Positions 30,197 through 39,529 of a stretch of 64,000 bases of DNA are shown one piece after another. A program made the position numbers and the translations under genes. The DNA lies in assembly GCA_963663165.1 (NCBI GenBank), contig OY760175.1, forward strand, positions 4,000,001 to 4,064,000, given 5' to 3'. The DNA comes from an uncultured Desulfospira sp. (lineage in GTDB: Bacteria > Desulfobacterota > Desulfobacteria > Desulfobacterales > Desulfobacteraceae). A model generated the notes under the pieces. The model had not been told where the DNA came from. It saw only the letters and a list, made by a program, of their open reading frames with translations, and did not search any database. Positions within the stretch are counted from its first letter, which is position 1; every line of letters begins with the position of its first letter.

Positions 30197-30804
30197 GCTA
30201 CGGATCTTTTAAGCGCAGAAAATATTTTATCAATAAAGAACTCCAGGGGAAATTCATTTTCCATTATTTTATTTTTTTAACCCTGGGCAGCCTGATGTTT
30301 GTGGGGATCTTGAGTTTTTTTTCGTCAAACACCCTTTCCATGAGTTATGACAATTATCATCTTCAACTGGGGACCACCCCGGAAATCCTGTTTAAAAATA
30401 TATTGAGCGCGGAATGGAGTTTTATTGTTTTTGGCGGAATTTTGATCTCTTTTATCACCTTGCGGCTGACCCACCGGGTGGCCGGCCCCTTTTTCAGATT
30501 TGAAAAAGCACTCAATGAAATGATCCACGGTAATATTTCCAGAAAAATTATTCTAAGACCCAAGGATGAGGGCAAGGGCCTGGCCAAAAAGATCAACACC
30601 TTTAATGACAGATTGTCGGAAAACCTGGTTCTCATGGAGGAGATGAGTTCAAAAATAGCGATTTCCGCCCGAAACCTCGAATTGGCCATAGAAAAAGGGC
30701 AGACAGACGAAATTGCCGGACTTCTGGATACCATTAAAACCAGCCAGCGGGGTATTGAATCGACGGTTCATGAGTATACCTTCAATGTCAAGCCGGGATT
30801 TTAG
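30193..30804 (+). CDS. Two-TM membrane protein with HAMP-like segment
   Basis: RRKYFI...Q, two hydrophobic helices, THRVAGP..RFE....LR.KDE. Confidence 0.6.
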   Translation: MSYGSFKRRKYFINKELQGKFIFHYFIFLTLGSLMFVGILSFFSSNTLSMSYDNYHLQLGTTPEILFKNILSAEWSFIVFGGILISFITLRLTHRVAGPFFRFEKALNEMIHGNISRKIILRPKDEGKGLAKKINTFNDRLSENLVLMEEMSSKIAISARNLELAIEKGQTDEIAGLLDTIKTSQRGIESTVHEYTFNVKPGF

Positions 30805-30847
30805 ACCGGTCTTTCCGGTTTAAACCGGCCCAAGGCGCCGTCACCGT

Positions 30848-31723
30848 CTATATCAACTCATAACTCATGGAAAGGGGCGGCATGTCCAGCTGATTTAAGA
30901 CCCGTTCCAGCAGGATACCCTCCACGTTGTTGTACTCGTAGCCAAAGGTGGCTTTGACGCCCATACTGGTGAACTGGACGGCCCGGTCAATGGCAATGGG
31001 CAGGCTGTCTCCCTGGAGCAGGGCCCCGGTGACCACGCTGGCAAACGCATCCCCTGTGCCGGGATATTCCGTGGGCAGGTAATTGCAGGCCACCCGCCAG
31101 AACCGGTTATCACTTCTGTGATAGGCGATCACAGCGGTTTCGGCCTGGTCACGGCCGGTCCGGACACTGGTGACAATGACGATTTCAGGCCCCTTGTCTG
31201 CCAGCCGCATGATCCATTCCTTGATCCGGCCGGTTTCAATATATTCGGTATAAGGTTCATCCAGCAGATAGGCGGCCTCGGTCAGATTGGGCGTGATGAC
31301 ATGGGCATGGGTGATCAGGGACTTCATCTCCGTGACGTGGGCCTCACTTAACGGGGCATAGATCCTGCCGTTATCCCCTAATACCGGATCCACAATGATC
31401 TTAATGGCCTCATGCCTGAAATCCTCGATAAACTGCGTAACGATTTCGATCTGCTGATGGGAGCCTAAAAACCCCGAGTAGACCGCGTCGAATTTCAAGT
31501 TCAGCTTTTTCCAATGGTCTATCATGGGGGGCAGGGCATGGGTCAAGTCCACAAAGTGAAAATCACTGAACTTGCTGTGGGTTGACAGCACGGCCGTGGG
31601 AAGGGGACAGACCTGAATGCCCATGCGGGACAAAATAGGGATGATAACGGTTAAAGAGGCCCTTCCAAACCCGGAAAGGTCATGGATGGCGGCTACTTTT
31701 TTGACGGGGTTGGTCAGTTTCAT
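30848..31723 (-). CDS. pdxK: Pyridoxal/pyridoxamine kinase
   Basis: HDLSGFGRASL, LPTAVLSTH, VDPVLGDNG, ITPNLTEA, PGTGDAFAS. Confidence 0.88.
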   Translation of the reverse strand: MKLTNPVKKVAAIHDLSGFGRASLTVIIPILSRMGIQVCPLPTAVLSTHSKFSDFHFVDLTHALPPMIDHWKKLNLKFDAVYSGFLGSHQQIEIVTQFIEDFRHEAIKIIVDPVLGDNGRIYAPLSEAHVTEMKSLITHAHVITPNLTEAAYLLDEPYTEYIETGRIKEWIMRLADKGPEIVIVTSVRTGRDQAETAVIAYHRSDNRFWRVACNYLPTEYPGTGDAFASVVTGALLQGDSLPIAIDRAVQFTSMGVKATFGYEYNNVEGILLERVLNQLDMPPLSMSYELI

Positions 31724-31905
31724 TTTTCTTACATCCGGTTTTTAGTTTGGGTTGTCACGCCTGAACTCAGACCCGTGTCATATACCATATTTCCCCCTGA
31801 ATCTGTCAACATTATCCGGGACGGTCGATCGACGCAGACCAAAAATCCGGGGGCGTCGCCATATCCGATCTCCGGGTATACGATCTCCCCTCTTCCAGCC
31901 TCCCA

Positions 31906-31949
31906 TAAAAAACCGTCCGGAACAGGCAAAGACCTGTTCCGGACGGTTT
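31906..31949 (-). terminator. Rho-independent terminator downstream of the EF-hand gene
   Basis: 17-bp perfect stem aaaccgtccggaacagg / cctgttccggacggttt followed by a U-run on the minus strand. Confidence 0.75.
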
Positions 31950-31982
31950 CATCCAGTTTCTGATGCGGCTTTTTTTAACGGT

Positions 31983-32438
31983 TTAGGATTCCTGGCCGCC
32001 ATGTCCCGGGGGAGGCCCCTGAGGCTTTTCGCCTTCTTCAATGTAGCCATCTCCATCCGAATCCATCTGCTCAAACATTTCAGAGGGACCGGAAAATTCT
32101 TCTTTGGAAATTTTGCCGTCTCCATCCTGGTCGTCATTTTCAAAGGGATTTCCCATGCCTGGCGGGGGGCCGCCCTGGGGGCACTGGGAGGCTTCATCTT
32201 CGCTGATGTACCCGTCACTGTTGGCGTCCATTTTGGTAAAAAGCTCCGAAGACCCCTGGAACTCGTCCTGTGATACCTGGCCGTCTCCATCCTGGTCAAA
32301 ATCCTCAATCAGATTGCCCGGCGGGGGTCCGCCCCCCGGCCCTCCGGGTCCCTGGCCGGCAAAGGCCGGTGCCCCGAAAAGCAGTGCGGATAAAGACAGA
32401 CACATCAGCACCTGTTTAATCTTTTTTTTGTTTTCCAT
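31983..32438 (-). CDS. Secreted EF-hand calcium-binding protein (4 EF-hand loops, Gly/Pro linkers)
   Basis: Signal peptide ending AFA; DQDGDGQVSQDE, DANSDGYISEDE, DQDGDGKISKEE, DSDGDGYIEEGE. Confidence 0.85.
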   Translation of the reverse strand: MENKKKIKQVLMCLSLSALLFGAPAFAGQGPGGPGGGPPPGNLIEDFDQDGDGQVSQDEFQGSSELFTKMDANSDGYISEDEASQCPQGGPPPGMGNPFENDDQDGDGKISKEEFSGPSEMFEQMDSDGDGYIEEGEKPQGPPPGHGGQES

Positions 32439-32762
32439 TCTGGTATTCCTCTATTTTTATATGTCATCAACGCTTCGGTCCTATTGGTCCGATTTATGCC
32501 CTGTATTATATCACTTATCCATCCAAAAAATTGTGAAAACATTATGATTTTGACCGGTTCAAGAATGATTCAATGGTTTTTAAACTGGCCCGGCCACCAT
32601 TTTTAAGATGGCAAATATCATAATTCGAGCGAAACGACCAACAGGCTTCAGTCCAAAATCCTTCAGCCTATAAATTAAAAGATTGAAAATTACTGAAAAA
32701 CCATTAAATTTAAAGGATTGAAGTCAACCCATATCCCCTAAATCCATAGGTTAGGAAATATT

Positions 32763-34301
32763 ATGAAAACAACACAACTCACCGTTACGGAAAAACCCGT
32801 CAAGGATATTGAAACCGACCTGCTGGTTTATTTTGCTGTCCAAATCAAGGATGAGGCCCCCCAATGTGACCCAGGGGTCAAGCCCCGGGTGGACAAGGCC
32901 TTTTCCCTTGGGGATTTTAAGGCCGAGGAAAAAGAAGACCTTTTCTTTTATCCTGAAACCGAGGAGCTGAAGGCCAAACGGGTTCTGGTGGCCGGGCTTG
33001 GGAAACTCGGCCAAAGCCAGGACGACGCCCCTGATGACATTCCCGAAGCCTTAAGAGAGGCCGGGGGCCGCATTGCCAAAGCCTGCAAGCGGGCAAAAGC
33101 AAAAACCCTTACCGTCTGCCTGCCGGATATCCCGGGAACTGAACCGGAAATTACGGCTGACGTTCTGGCCCAGGGCATCCTTTTAGGGGACTACCGGTTT
33201 GACAAATACAAGGAAACGTCCAAAAAAGAAACCGATTACGCCGGGATCAAGAAGGTTAAATTTTCGGCTCAAGCCTCTGTCAAACAGGTGCGCAAAGGGG
33301 CAAAAAAAGGGGTATCTGCGGCCATGGCGACCTGCATGGCAAGGGACATGGCCAATGAACCGGGCAACAACTGGACCTCAAAGGAATTCGCCGACCACGC
33401 CAAAGCCCTGGCCAAAACCCATGGCCTGACCTGCAAAGTTCTGGAAAAAAAGGATCTGGAAAAGCTTTCCATGAACGGTATCCTGGCCGTGAACCAGGGC
33501 TCTGCCGTACCGCCCCGACTGGTCATCTTAGAGTACAAACCCGCCAAAAAATCCCAGACCATCATGCTGGTGGGCAAAGGCATCACCTTTGACTCCGGCG
33601 GCATCAGCCTTAAACCGGCGGCGGGCATGGAAGAGATGAAATATGACATGTGCGGCGGGGCAGCCGTCCTTTGCGCCATGCAGGCCGTGGGTGAGGAAAA
33701 ACCCGATGTGGGGGTGGTGGCCCTGATTCCGGCCACGGACAACATGTCCGGGTCCAAAGCCATCCACCCGGGAGACATTATCCGCCACTTTAACGGGGTG
33801 ACCTCGGAAGTCGTGAATACCGATGCCGAAGGGCGGCTGATCCTGGCCGACGCCCTGGCTTACGGCATTAAAACCTATAAACCGGACTGCGTCATCGACG
33901 CGGCCACCCTGACCGGGGCCGTGATCATTGGGCTGGGGCACCATCACACCGGCATGGTGTCCAATAACGATGCCCTTTCAGGCCTTTTGGAGGCGGCCGG
34001 AAAAAAAGCCGGGGAACCGGTCTGGCGGCTACCCTTGACCAAGCCTTACATGAAGCAGATCGAATCCAAGGTGGCGGACATCAAAAACGTCGGGGGAAGG
34101 CCCGGCGGGACTATCACGGCGGCCGCCTACCTATCCAAATTTGTGGATAAAACCCCCTGGGCCCATCTGGACATTGCCGGAACAGCCTGGGATTTTACCG
34201 AAAAATCTTATATCCCCAAAGGACCGTCCGGCACGGCTGTCCGGACCTTTTTGAACCTGATCCGGGACTGGATTAACCCGGATCTGCAGCCTGAAAAATG
34301 A
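32763..34301 (+). CDS. pepA: Leucyl aminopeptidase (M17)
   Basis: VGKGITFDSGGISLK, MKYDMCG, NTDAEGRLILADAL, ATLTGA, HLDIAG. Confidence 0.95.
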   Translation: MKTTQLTVTEKPVKDIETDLLVYFAVQIKDEAPQCDPGVKPRVDKAFSLGDFKAEEKEDLFFYPETEELKAKRVLVAGLGKLGQSQDDAPDDIPEALREAGGRIAKACKRAKAKTLTVCLPDIPGTEPEITADVLAQGILLGDYRFDKYKETSKKETDYAGIKKVKFSAQASVKQVRKGAKKGVSAAMATCMARDMANEPGNNWTSKEFADHAKALAKTHGLTCKVLEKKDLEKLSMNGILAVNQGSAVPPRLVILEYKPAKKSQTIMLVGKGITFDSGGISLKPAAGMEEMKYDMCGGAAVLCAMQAVGEEKPDVGVVALIPATDNMSGSKAIHPGDIIRHFNGVTSEVVNTDAEGRLILADALAYGIKTYKPDCVIDAATLTGAVIIGLGHHHTGMVSNNDALSGLLEAAGKKAGEPVWRLPLTKPYMKQIESKVADIKNVGGRPGGTITAAAYLSKFVDKTPWAHLDIAGTAWDFTEKSYIPKGPSGTAVRTFLNLIRDWINPDLQPEK

Positions 34302-35095
34302 ATGATCTTTTCCAGAAGCTGAAACGGCAGTTGTCATCCCATGAAACCATGGCCATTGCCTTTTCAGGGGGAACCGACTCCTGCCTTCTGGCGGCCGGGG
34401 CACAACAGGCCTGCAGCCGTGTCCTGGCCGTCACGGTGGACTCTGAGTTCCAATCGGCCCGGGATAAACAAGGGGCCGTTGATATGGCCCGTGCCCTGGG
34501 GCTGGGCCATGTGGTGGTAAAGGTCCGGGTTCTGGAAAACGATCAGATCCGGAAAAACCCTTCAGACCGTTGTTATTATTGCAAAAAACTGATATTTGAA
34601 CAGGTAAAGAACGCTGCGGAACAGGCCGGATTTCACACCCTGGCCCACGGGGCCAACCGGGATGACGTAAATGACTTCAGGCCCGGATTCAAGGCCGCCC
34701 GGGAGGCCGGATTCCTGGCCCCGTTAATAGATGCGGGCCTGTCCAAAGCGGATGTCCGGAATTTGTCCAAAACCCTGGGACTTGAAACCTGGGACCTGCC
34801 GTCCCAGTCCTGCCTGGCCGCGCGGATTCCCTACGATGATCCCATTACCAGGGAAACCCTCGCCCGGATTGAACAGGGGGAGGCCATCCTGTATGAAAAA
34901 GGCTTTCCCGCTGTCCGGGTCCGCTGCCACGGCCGGCTGGCCAGGATCGAACTGCCGGTACAGGACATGGCGCACTTTATGGCAAAGGGGGTGGGCCGGA
35001 AGATTGCCGGTGAATTCCGGAAAATCGGTTTTTTATACACCACCCTGGACCTTGAAGGATATATCACCGGCAGCCTGAACAGGGCACTGGAATAG
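34298..35095 (+). CDS. larE: ATP-dependent sulfur transferase, LarE family
   Basis: PP-loop AFSGGTDS, RCYYCK, DFRPG, SCLAARIPY, RVRCHG..ARIE, LDLEGY..GSLN. Confidence 0.88.
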   Translation: MNDLFQKLKRQLSSHETMAIAFSGGTDSCLLAAGAQQACSRVLAVTVDSEFQSARDKQGAVDMARALGLGHVVVKVRVLENDQIRKNPSDRCYYCKKLIFEQVKNAAEQAGFHTLAHGANRDDVNDFRPGFKAAREAGFLAPLIDAGLSKADVRNLSKTLGLETWDLPSQSCLAARIPYDDPITRETLARIEQGEAILYEKGFPAVRVRCHGRLARIELPVQDMAHFMAKGVGRKIAGEFRKIGFLYTTLDLEGYITGSLNRALE

Positions 35096-35100
35096 GTGAT

Positions 35101-35168
35101 TAGGCTGAAGACTGAAGGTGGTTAGGTTGACGGCAGAGATAACCTTCAGTCTAAATACCTTCAGCCTG
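35101..35168. repeat. Palindromic intergenic element built from (G/A)CTGAAG heptamers
   Basis: aggctgaagactgaagg ... ccttcagtct ... ccttcagcct. Confidence 0.6.
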
Positions 35169-35181
35169 AGACCCTAAAATC

Positions 35182-36105
35182 ATGGATACCAACACCGCCA
35201 AAATAAAAAAAATCACCCTCATGGGGCTGGTGGCCAATGTCCTGCTGTCCCTGGTCAAGCTGGCCATCGGCATCATGGGAAGCAGCCAGGCCGTGGTGGC
35301 CGATGCCATCCACAGTTTTTCAGACACCTCATCGGACCTGGTGATCCTTTTCGGGGTCAAATACTGGTCAGCCCCGCCGGATTCCGAACACCCCTTTGGA
35401 CACGGCAAACTGGAGTCCATGGTCACCATTATCATTGGGTTTCTGCTCATGGGAACCGCCGCGGGCATTGGTTACAACGCCATTGTCTCTTTGGAAAATC
35501 CCCCGCCGGCCCACTTGACCTGGGTGGTGCTGACCGCCCCGGTCCTGTCCATTATCGTTAAGGAGATTCTGTTCAGGATCACCTACAAAACAGGGATACA
35601 AATTCATTCCTCTTCTCTCAAGGCAAATGCCTGGCACCACCGGACCGATGCCCTGTCCTCCATCCCGGTTCTGGCCGCCGTTGCCGGCTGCCTGATCAAC
35701 CCTGCCCTGGCCTTTCTGGACCAGGTGGGCGCCATCCTGGTTTCTGTTTTTATTATCAAAGTCGGGTATGATGTCATGCAGACCGGCGTCAATGAACTGT
35801 TAGACCAGGGCATGACGTCAAAAGAGCTGGTTGATCTAAAGGGCCTTATTAAAAGTACCCCACAAGTCAAAGGGTTTCATAAAATCAGAACCCGGAAATT
35901 AGGGGGCTCTTTTTACGTGGATCTTCACCTGGAAGTCGACCCGGATCTTACTGTAAAAAAAGGGCACGATATCACAGAAGTCGTAAAACAAACCCTGATG
36001 GCGGGTGATGAGCGGATTATTGATGTGATGATCCACCTGGAACCGGACCCGGAAAAATGGAAACCGGAAACCGGAAACGGGAGACCGGACCCTTCGAATC
36101 CTTGA
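35182..36105 (+). CDS. Cation diffusion facilitator family transporter
   Basis: ADAIHSFSD, HPFGHGKLE, AWHHRTD, C-terminal HDI...IHLEP. Confidence 0.92.
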   Translation: MDTNTAKIKKITLMGLVANVLLSLVKLAIGIMGSSQAVVADAIHSFSDTSSDLVILFGVKYWSAPPDSEHPFGHGKLESMVTIIIGFLLMGTAAGIGYNAIVSLENPPPAHLTWVVLTAPVLSIIVKEILFRITYKTGIQIHSSSLKANAWHHRTDALSSIPVLAAVAGCLINPALAFLDQVGAILVSVFIIKVGYDVMQTGVNELLDQGMTSKELVDLKGLIKSTPQVKGFHKIRTRKLGGSFYVDLHLEVDPDLTVKKGHDITEVVKQTLMAGDERIIDVMIHLEPDPEKWKPETGNGRPDPSNP

Positions 36106-36139
36106 GGGCGTCGTCATCCAGTATCCGGCACGCCCCCAA

Positions 36140-36823
36140 TTATTCACTCTTCATTTTTACGTACCATTCCTCGGTGCCGTATAAATGGTCCATACAGTCC
36201 GGACAAAGCCCGTGGCTGAAAGAAACATCGGAATGTTTTTCAATATAAGACTCCAGCTGGTTCCAGTATCCTTTGTCGTCACGGATCTTTTTGCACTTGC
36301 TGCACACGGGGACCAGGCCTGAAAGGACCTTCACTTTTGCCAGGGCGTCTTGGAGTTCCCGGATTAATCTTTCTTTTTCAGCTTCGGCTTTTTTTCGATC
36401 GGTAATATCTGTGAGAAACAGGGTCAAGCCCACAACGTTGCCTGTTTTGCCGACAATGGGATTGTATATATCCTCGTAATACCGGCGTTCTTTTTCAATA
36501 TCCCCGTATTCTTCTTCAATGGTAAAGGACTCTCCGGCCAAAGCGCGGTCAAAGTTTTTCTTGGCTTTTGCCCTGTCCTTTGGGTCTTTAATAAAATCAA
36601 GCATGTTCTTTCCCAGGGCAATATCAACACCCCAGATCTGCTTCATGGTCCGCTTATGGTTGTTATTAAAGGCCAGATACCGGTACCCTGTATCAAGGGC
36701 GAAAATGACAACATTTTTTGGACTTTCAACAATCCCCGACAGGATGGCATGGGCCTTTATCACTGATAATAATAATTCGTCCCTATCATCTATATTTGAA
36801 GGTGATTCTGTTTGACCGACCAT
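36140..36823 (-). CDS. PAS-domain protein with C-terminal CxxCxxIRD...SHGLCPDC module
   Basis: PAS/PAC ending DITDRK, coiled coil, VCSKCKKIRDDKGYW...SHGLCPDC; RBS GGAG before 36823. Confidence 0.8.
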   Translation of the reverse strand: MVGQTESPSNIDDRDELLLSVIKAHAILSGIVESPKNVVIFALDTGYRYLAFNNNHKRTMKQIWGVDIALGKNMLDFIKDPKDRAKAKKNFDRALAGESFTIEEEYGDIEKERRYYEDIYNPIVGKTGNVVGLTLFLTDITDRKKAEAEKERLIRELQDALAKVKVLSGLVPVCSKCKKIRDDKGYWNQLESYIEKHSDVSFSHGLCPDCMDHLYGTEEWYVKMKSE

Positions 36824-37099
36824 CTGCTTATCTCCATGCCCGGGGCTCACCTGAAAATAACACGGCCGGTGCCGCGCAGGTCCCCTGATGTTTTGTAAAA
36901 ATATCGTATGCCGCAAATATTCTCATATTTCATCTTTCAGGACAATTAAAAAAAAGGAGGCCCTAGACCGGAAACGGGAGACCGGACATTGCGAATCCTT
37001 AAGGGTTGCGCATCCGGTCTGCGGTCTTGTGGTCATTTTTTGCGTTCTTCCGGGGGGGCCGGACCGTCTGTTCAAAGGAAGGCCGGATAATCCGGCCCC

Positions 37100-38209
37100 T
37101 TATTCACCCATGCGTTCCCTTAGCGTCCTGCGGTAAATGGCATTGGAAAGGGTCTCGGTTCTGCCGGATGCGCCCAGTTTTTCCGAAGCATTTTTTAAAT
37201 GCTTTTTTACGGTGACTTCGGCAATATTCATGGCAAGGGAAATCTGTCGGTTGGAATAGCCCAAAGAGAGATAGGAAATGGCCTCCACCTCTTTGGAACT
37301 CAGCCCGTCTTTTAAGAGGAGATCAAAGCCATGCCGGCGCTGATGGGGCCGAAGCCAGACGACCAGGGCAATTTTTTGCTGTTTCACTGCTACAGCATGG
37401 GCCTTGATTACCAGATCCATATCCGGAAGACGCCAGCCCCTAATCCAGGGGCCGGTGCCAAGGGCCACCGTTCCCTGTGGTGCCGCCACACCCCGGATCC
37501 ATGCCAGGATCTCTTCGGGTATGGTTTTCCATGGTGTTCTTGTAAAATGCCGTTTTAAAAACACCTCTGTCTCCAGGGGCAGATCGATCATGTTCAATTG
37601 ATTGTCCAGGCTGAAATAAAGGCTTTTCTGACTTTTGCAAAGCGCTTCAAGGGCGGCTCGTTTTAAATCAAACTCTAAGCAAAGGATCATGGTGTGTGAC
37701 AGCGACAGGAGAAAAGGACTTAAATAGCGCATCATCTCGTTTTCGGTCCGTGTAAACTCCAAGTCTTCATCAGCTCTGTAAAAAGCGATGCCTGAATCCA
37801 CCGAGTCTGTTTTGGCACTGTGAAACGCCATAACTTGGGAGGTATCCGTATATTTTTTGCTCACCTCATAGACAAAGGCATCTTCATCACTTCCCTGGTA
37901 ATCTTTTGGAGAGAAAATACAGATGTTTCCCACCGGGCTTTCCAGCGACCGGACCCTGACTTTATCGTAGGGCATGATTTCCCGGTATTTCTCATTCCAG
38001 TCAAAGGGCAGATCCGGGTTGGTCACAATGTGATAGGCATTGCCAGAATTGGTAAAGGTATAAATCCCCATCCAGTCCACATGAAACAATGTCTTTACGG
38101 CTGACTCCAGAATCACCGGAAATTCATGGTAATCATGGATATCAGGCATACTCTGATAAAGGGATCTGAGCGTATCGCTGACTTTCGCCTTAAGGGTATT
38201 TGAAATCAT
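37100..38209 (-). CDS. LuxR-type HTH transcriptional regulator with N-terminal sensor domain
   Basis: C-terminal LSSKEVEAISYLSLGYSNRQISLAMNIAEVTVKKHLKNASEKLG. Confidence 0.8.
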   Translation of the reverse strand: MISNTLKAKVSDTLRSLYQSMPDIHDYHEFPVILESAVKTLFHVDWMGIYTFTNSGNAYHIVTNPDLPFDWNEKYREIMPYDKVRVRSLESPVGNICIFSPKDYQGSDEDAFVYEVSKKYTDTSQVMAFHSAKTDSVDSGIAFYRADEDLEFTRTENEMMRYLSPFLLSLSHTMILCLEFDLKRAALEALCKSQKSLYFSLDNQLNMIDLPLETEVFLKRHFTRTPWKTIPEEILAWIRGVAAPQGTVALGTGPWIRGWRLPDMDLVIKAHAVAVKQQKIALVVWLRPHQRRHGFDLLLKDGLSSKEVEAISYLSLGYSNRQISLAMNIAEVTVKKHLKNASEKLGASGRTETLSNAIYRRTLRERMGE

Positions 38210-38623
38210 GGATAAAAAATTTTTTCCCGGTTTACTCCCAATTTGCCGAAACAGCCCGCTGGCAATTGTCCAGTCGGGACCTTTTCCGCAAAGCATGCCA
38301 ACCGTTGGAGCCTGGGATCGGCTCTAAACCCGCCGCCGGATTCCCCCAAGCCTGACACCCGGTGTTATTATATAAAAAAATTTGACTTTCCGCCGTTTCA
38401 AACTCCCGCAAACCCAAAAAACATATTTTGTTCACATTCTCCCCTGTTCAAACACAGGCAGGGCCTTTGGCGGCTTATCTTTTTTATGCTGCGGTCAGGC
38501 CGGCAAAAAAGGTATCCTTTTGGATACTTTCCAATGGGAATCCCCTAACGGTAACTTGTCTACCGTATAATCGGCATTCAGCCGGTTGTAAAAATAATGG
38601 TTTAATCGTTTTTTAAAGGAGAA

Positions 38624-39391
38624 ATGATCATGAAGCATATTGTTAAAACCGTTTTTGCCGCCGTTTTTCTTATTTTGACCGCAGGCAGTGCCCAGGCGGC
38701 GACAACCGCCTGGGTTGCCGTCTGGTCGGATTACAGGGATTATGAGACAGGGGATGACCGGTATTCCACATCGGTGAGTTGGGATATCACAGGCCTTGGG
38801 GACCTTACCATTGAAAGCATAACGGTAACACTGAGCGGCACCAGTCATGACGGAACGTATAATCTGGATGTGGACGGCGTGTCCGACGGCGTGGTATCCT
38901 ATTTCATCGCTTTGGGAAAAACCAGTCTGTCGTCAGCATATAATATTTCAGAGTGGGCGGGCGACTACGATTTTGAACTGACCTTATCTGACGGAAGCAC
39001 GTTCACCGATACCATTACCCGGGCCACCTCTCAATTAAGCTTTTTAGCCGTTCCGGTGTCAACGGTTTCAGGTGACATCCTCAGCTGGGCGGATGTGGGG
39101 GCAGATTATTATAAGTTAAGGCTGCTGGATGATACCGGTGAAATCATTTATCAATTCAATGTGGCAGGTTCGACAACATCTTATGATCTTACCGGGCTGA
39201 TTGATGAGGTTGATGCCGGAACCTACACCCTTAGGCTTGAAGCCAGGGCAGATGATGATGAGGGCTATCTTCGGACCCGGTCCGCTTATTTCAGTACGAT
39301 CACCGTCGGGGCCGTCCCTGTTCCAGGAACAGCCCTTCTGCTTGGCGCCGGACTCCTTGGGCTGACGGGTCTTCGGTCCAGGAAAAAATAA
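38624..39391 (+). CDS. Secreted protein with PEP-CTERM/VPLPA-CTERM-type sorting tail
   Basis: Signal peptide (AQA), acidic beta-rich body, C-terminal VPVPGTALLLGAGLLGLTGLRSRKK. Confidence 0.85.
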   Translation: MIMKHIVKTVFAAVFLILTAGSAQAATTAWVAVWSDYRDYETGDDRYSTSVSWDITGLGDLTIESITVTLSGTSHDGTYNLDVDGVSDGVVSYFIALGKTSLSSAYNISEWAGDYDFELTLSDGSTFTDTITRATSQLSFLAVPVSTVSGDILSWADVGADYYKLRLLDDTGEIIYQFNVAGSTTSYDLTGLIDEVDAGTYTLRLEARADDDEGYLRTRSAYFSTITVGAVPVPGTALLLGAGLLGLTGLRSRKK

Positions 39392-39425
39392 TTCAAAGCC
39401 CCATAAGCGCCGGAACCAAAACCCT

Positions 39426-39462
39426 GTGTCTGGGCGGCTCGCCGGAGGAGCCGCCCAGACAC
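39426..39462. terminator. Hairpin between convergent genes
   Basis: 15-bp perfect stem gtgtctgggcggctc / gagccgcccagacac. Confidence 0.6.
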
Positions 39463-39529
39463 TGAAGAACGCTGTAGCGACTTTACCGCGACCGGACTGT
39501 AACGCAGCAGATGAGGCACTGCTGGACAG

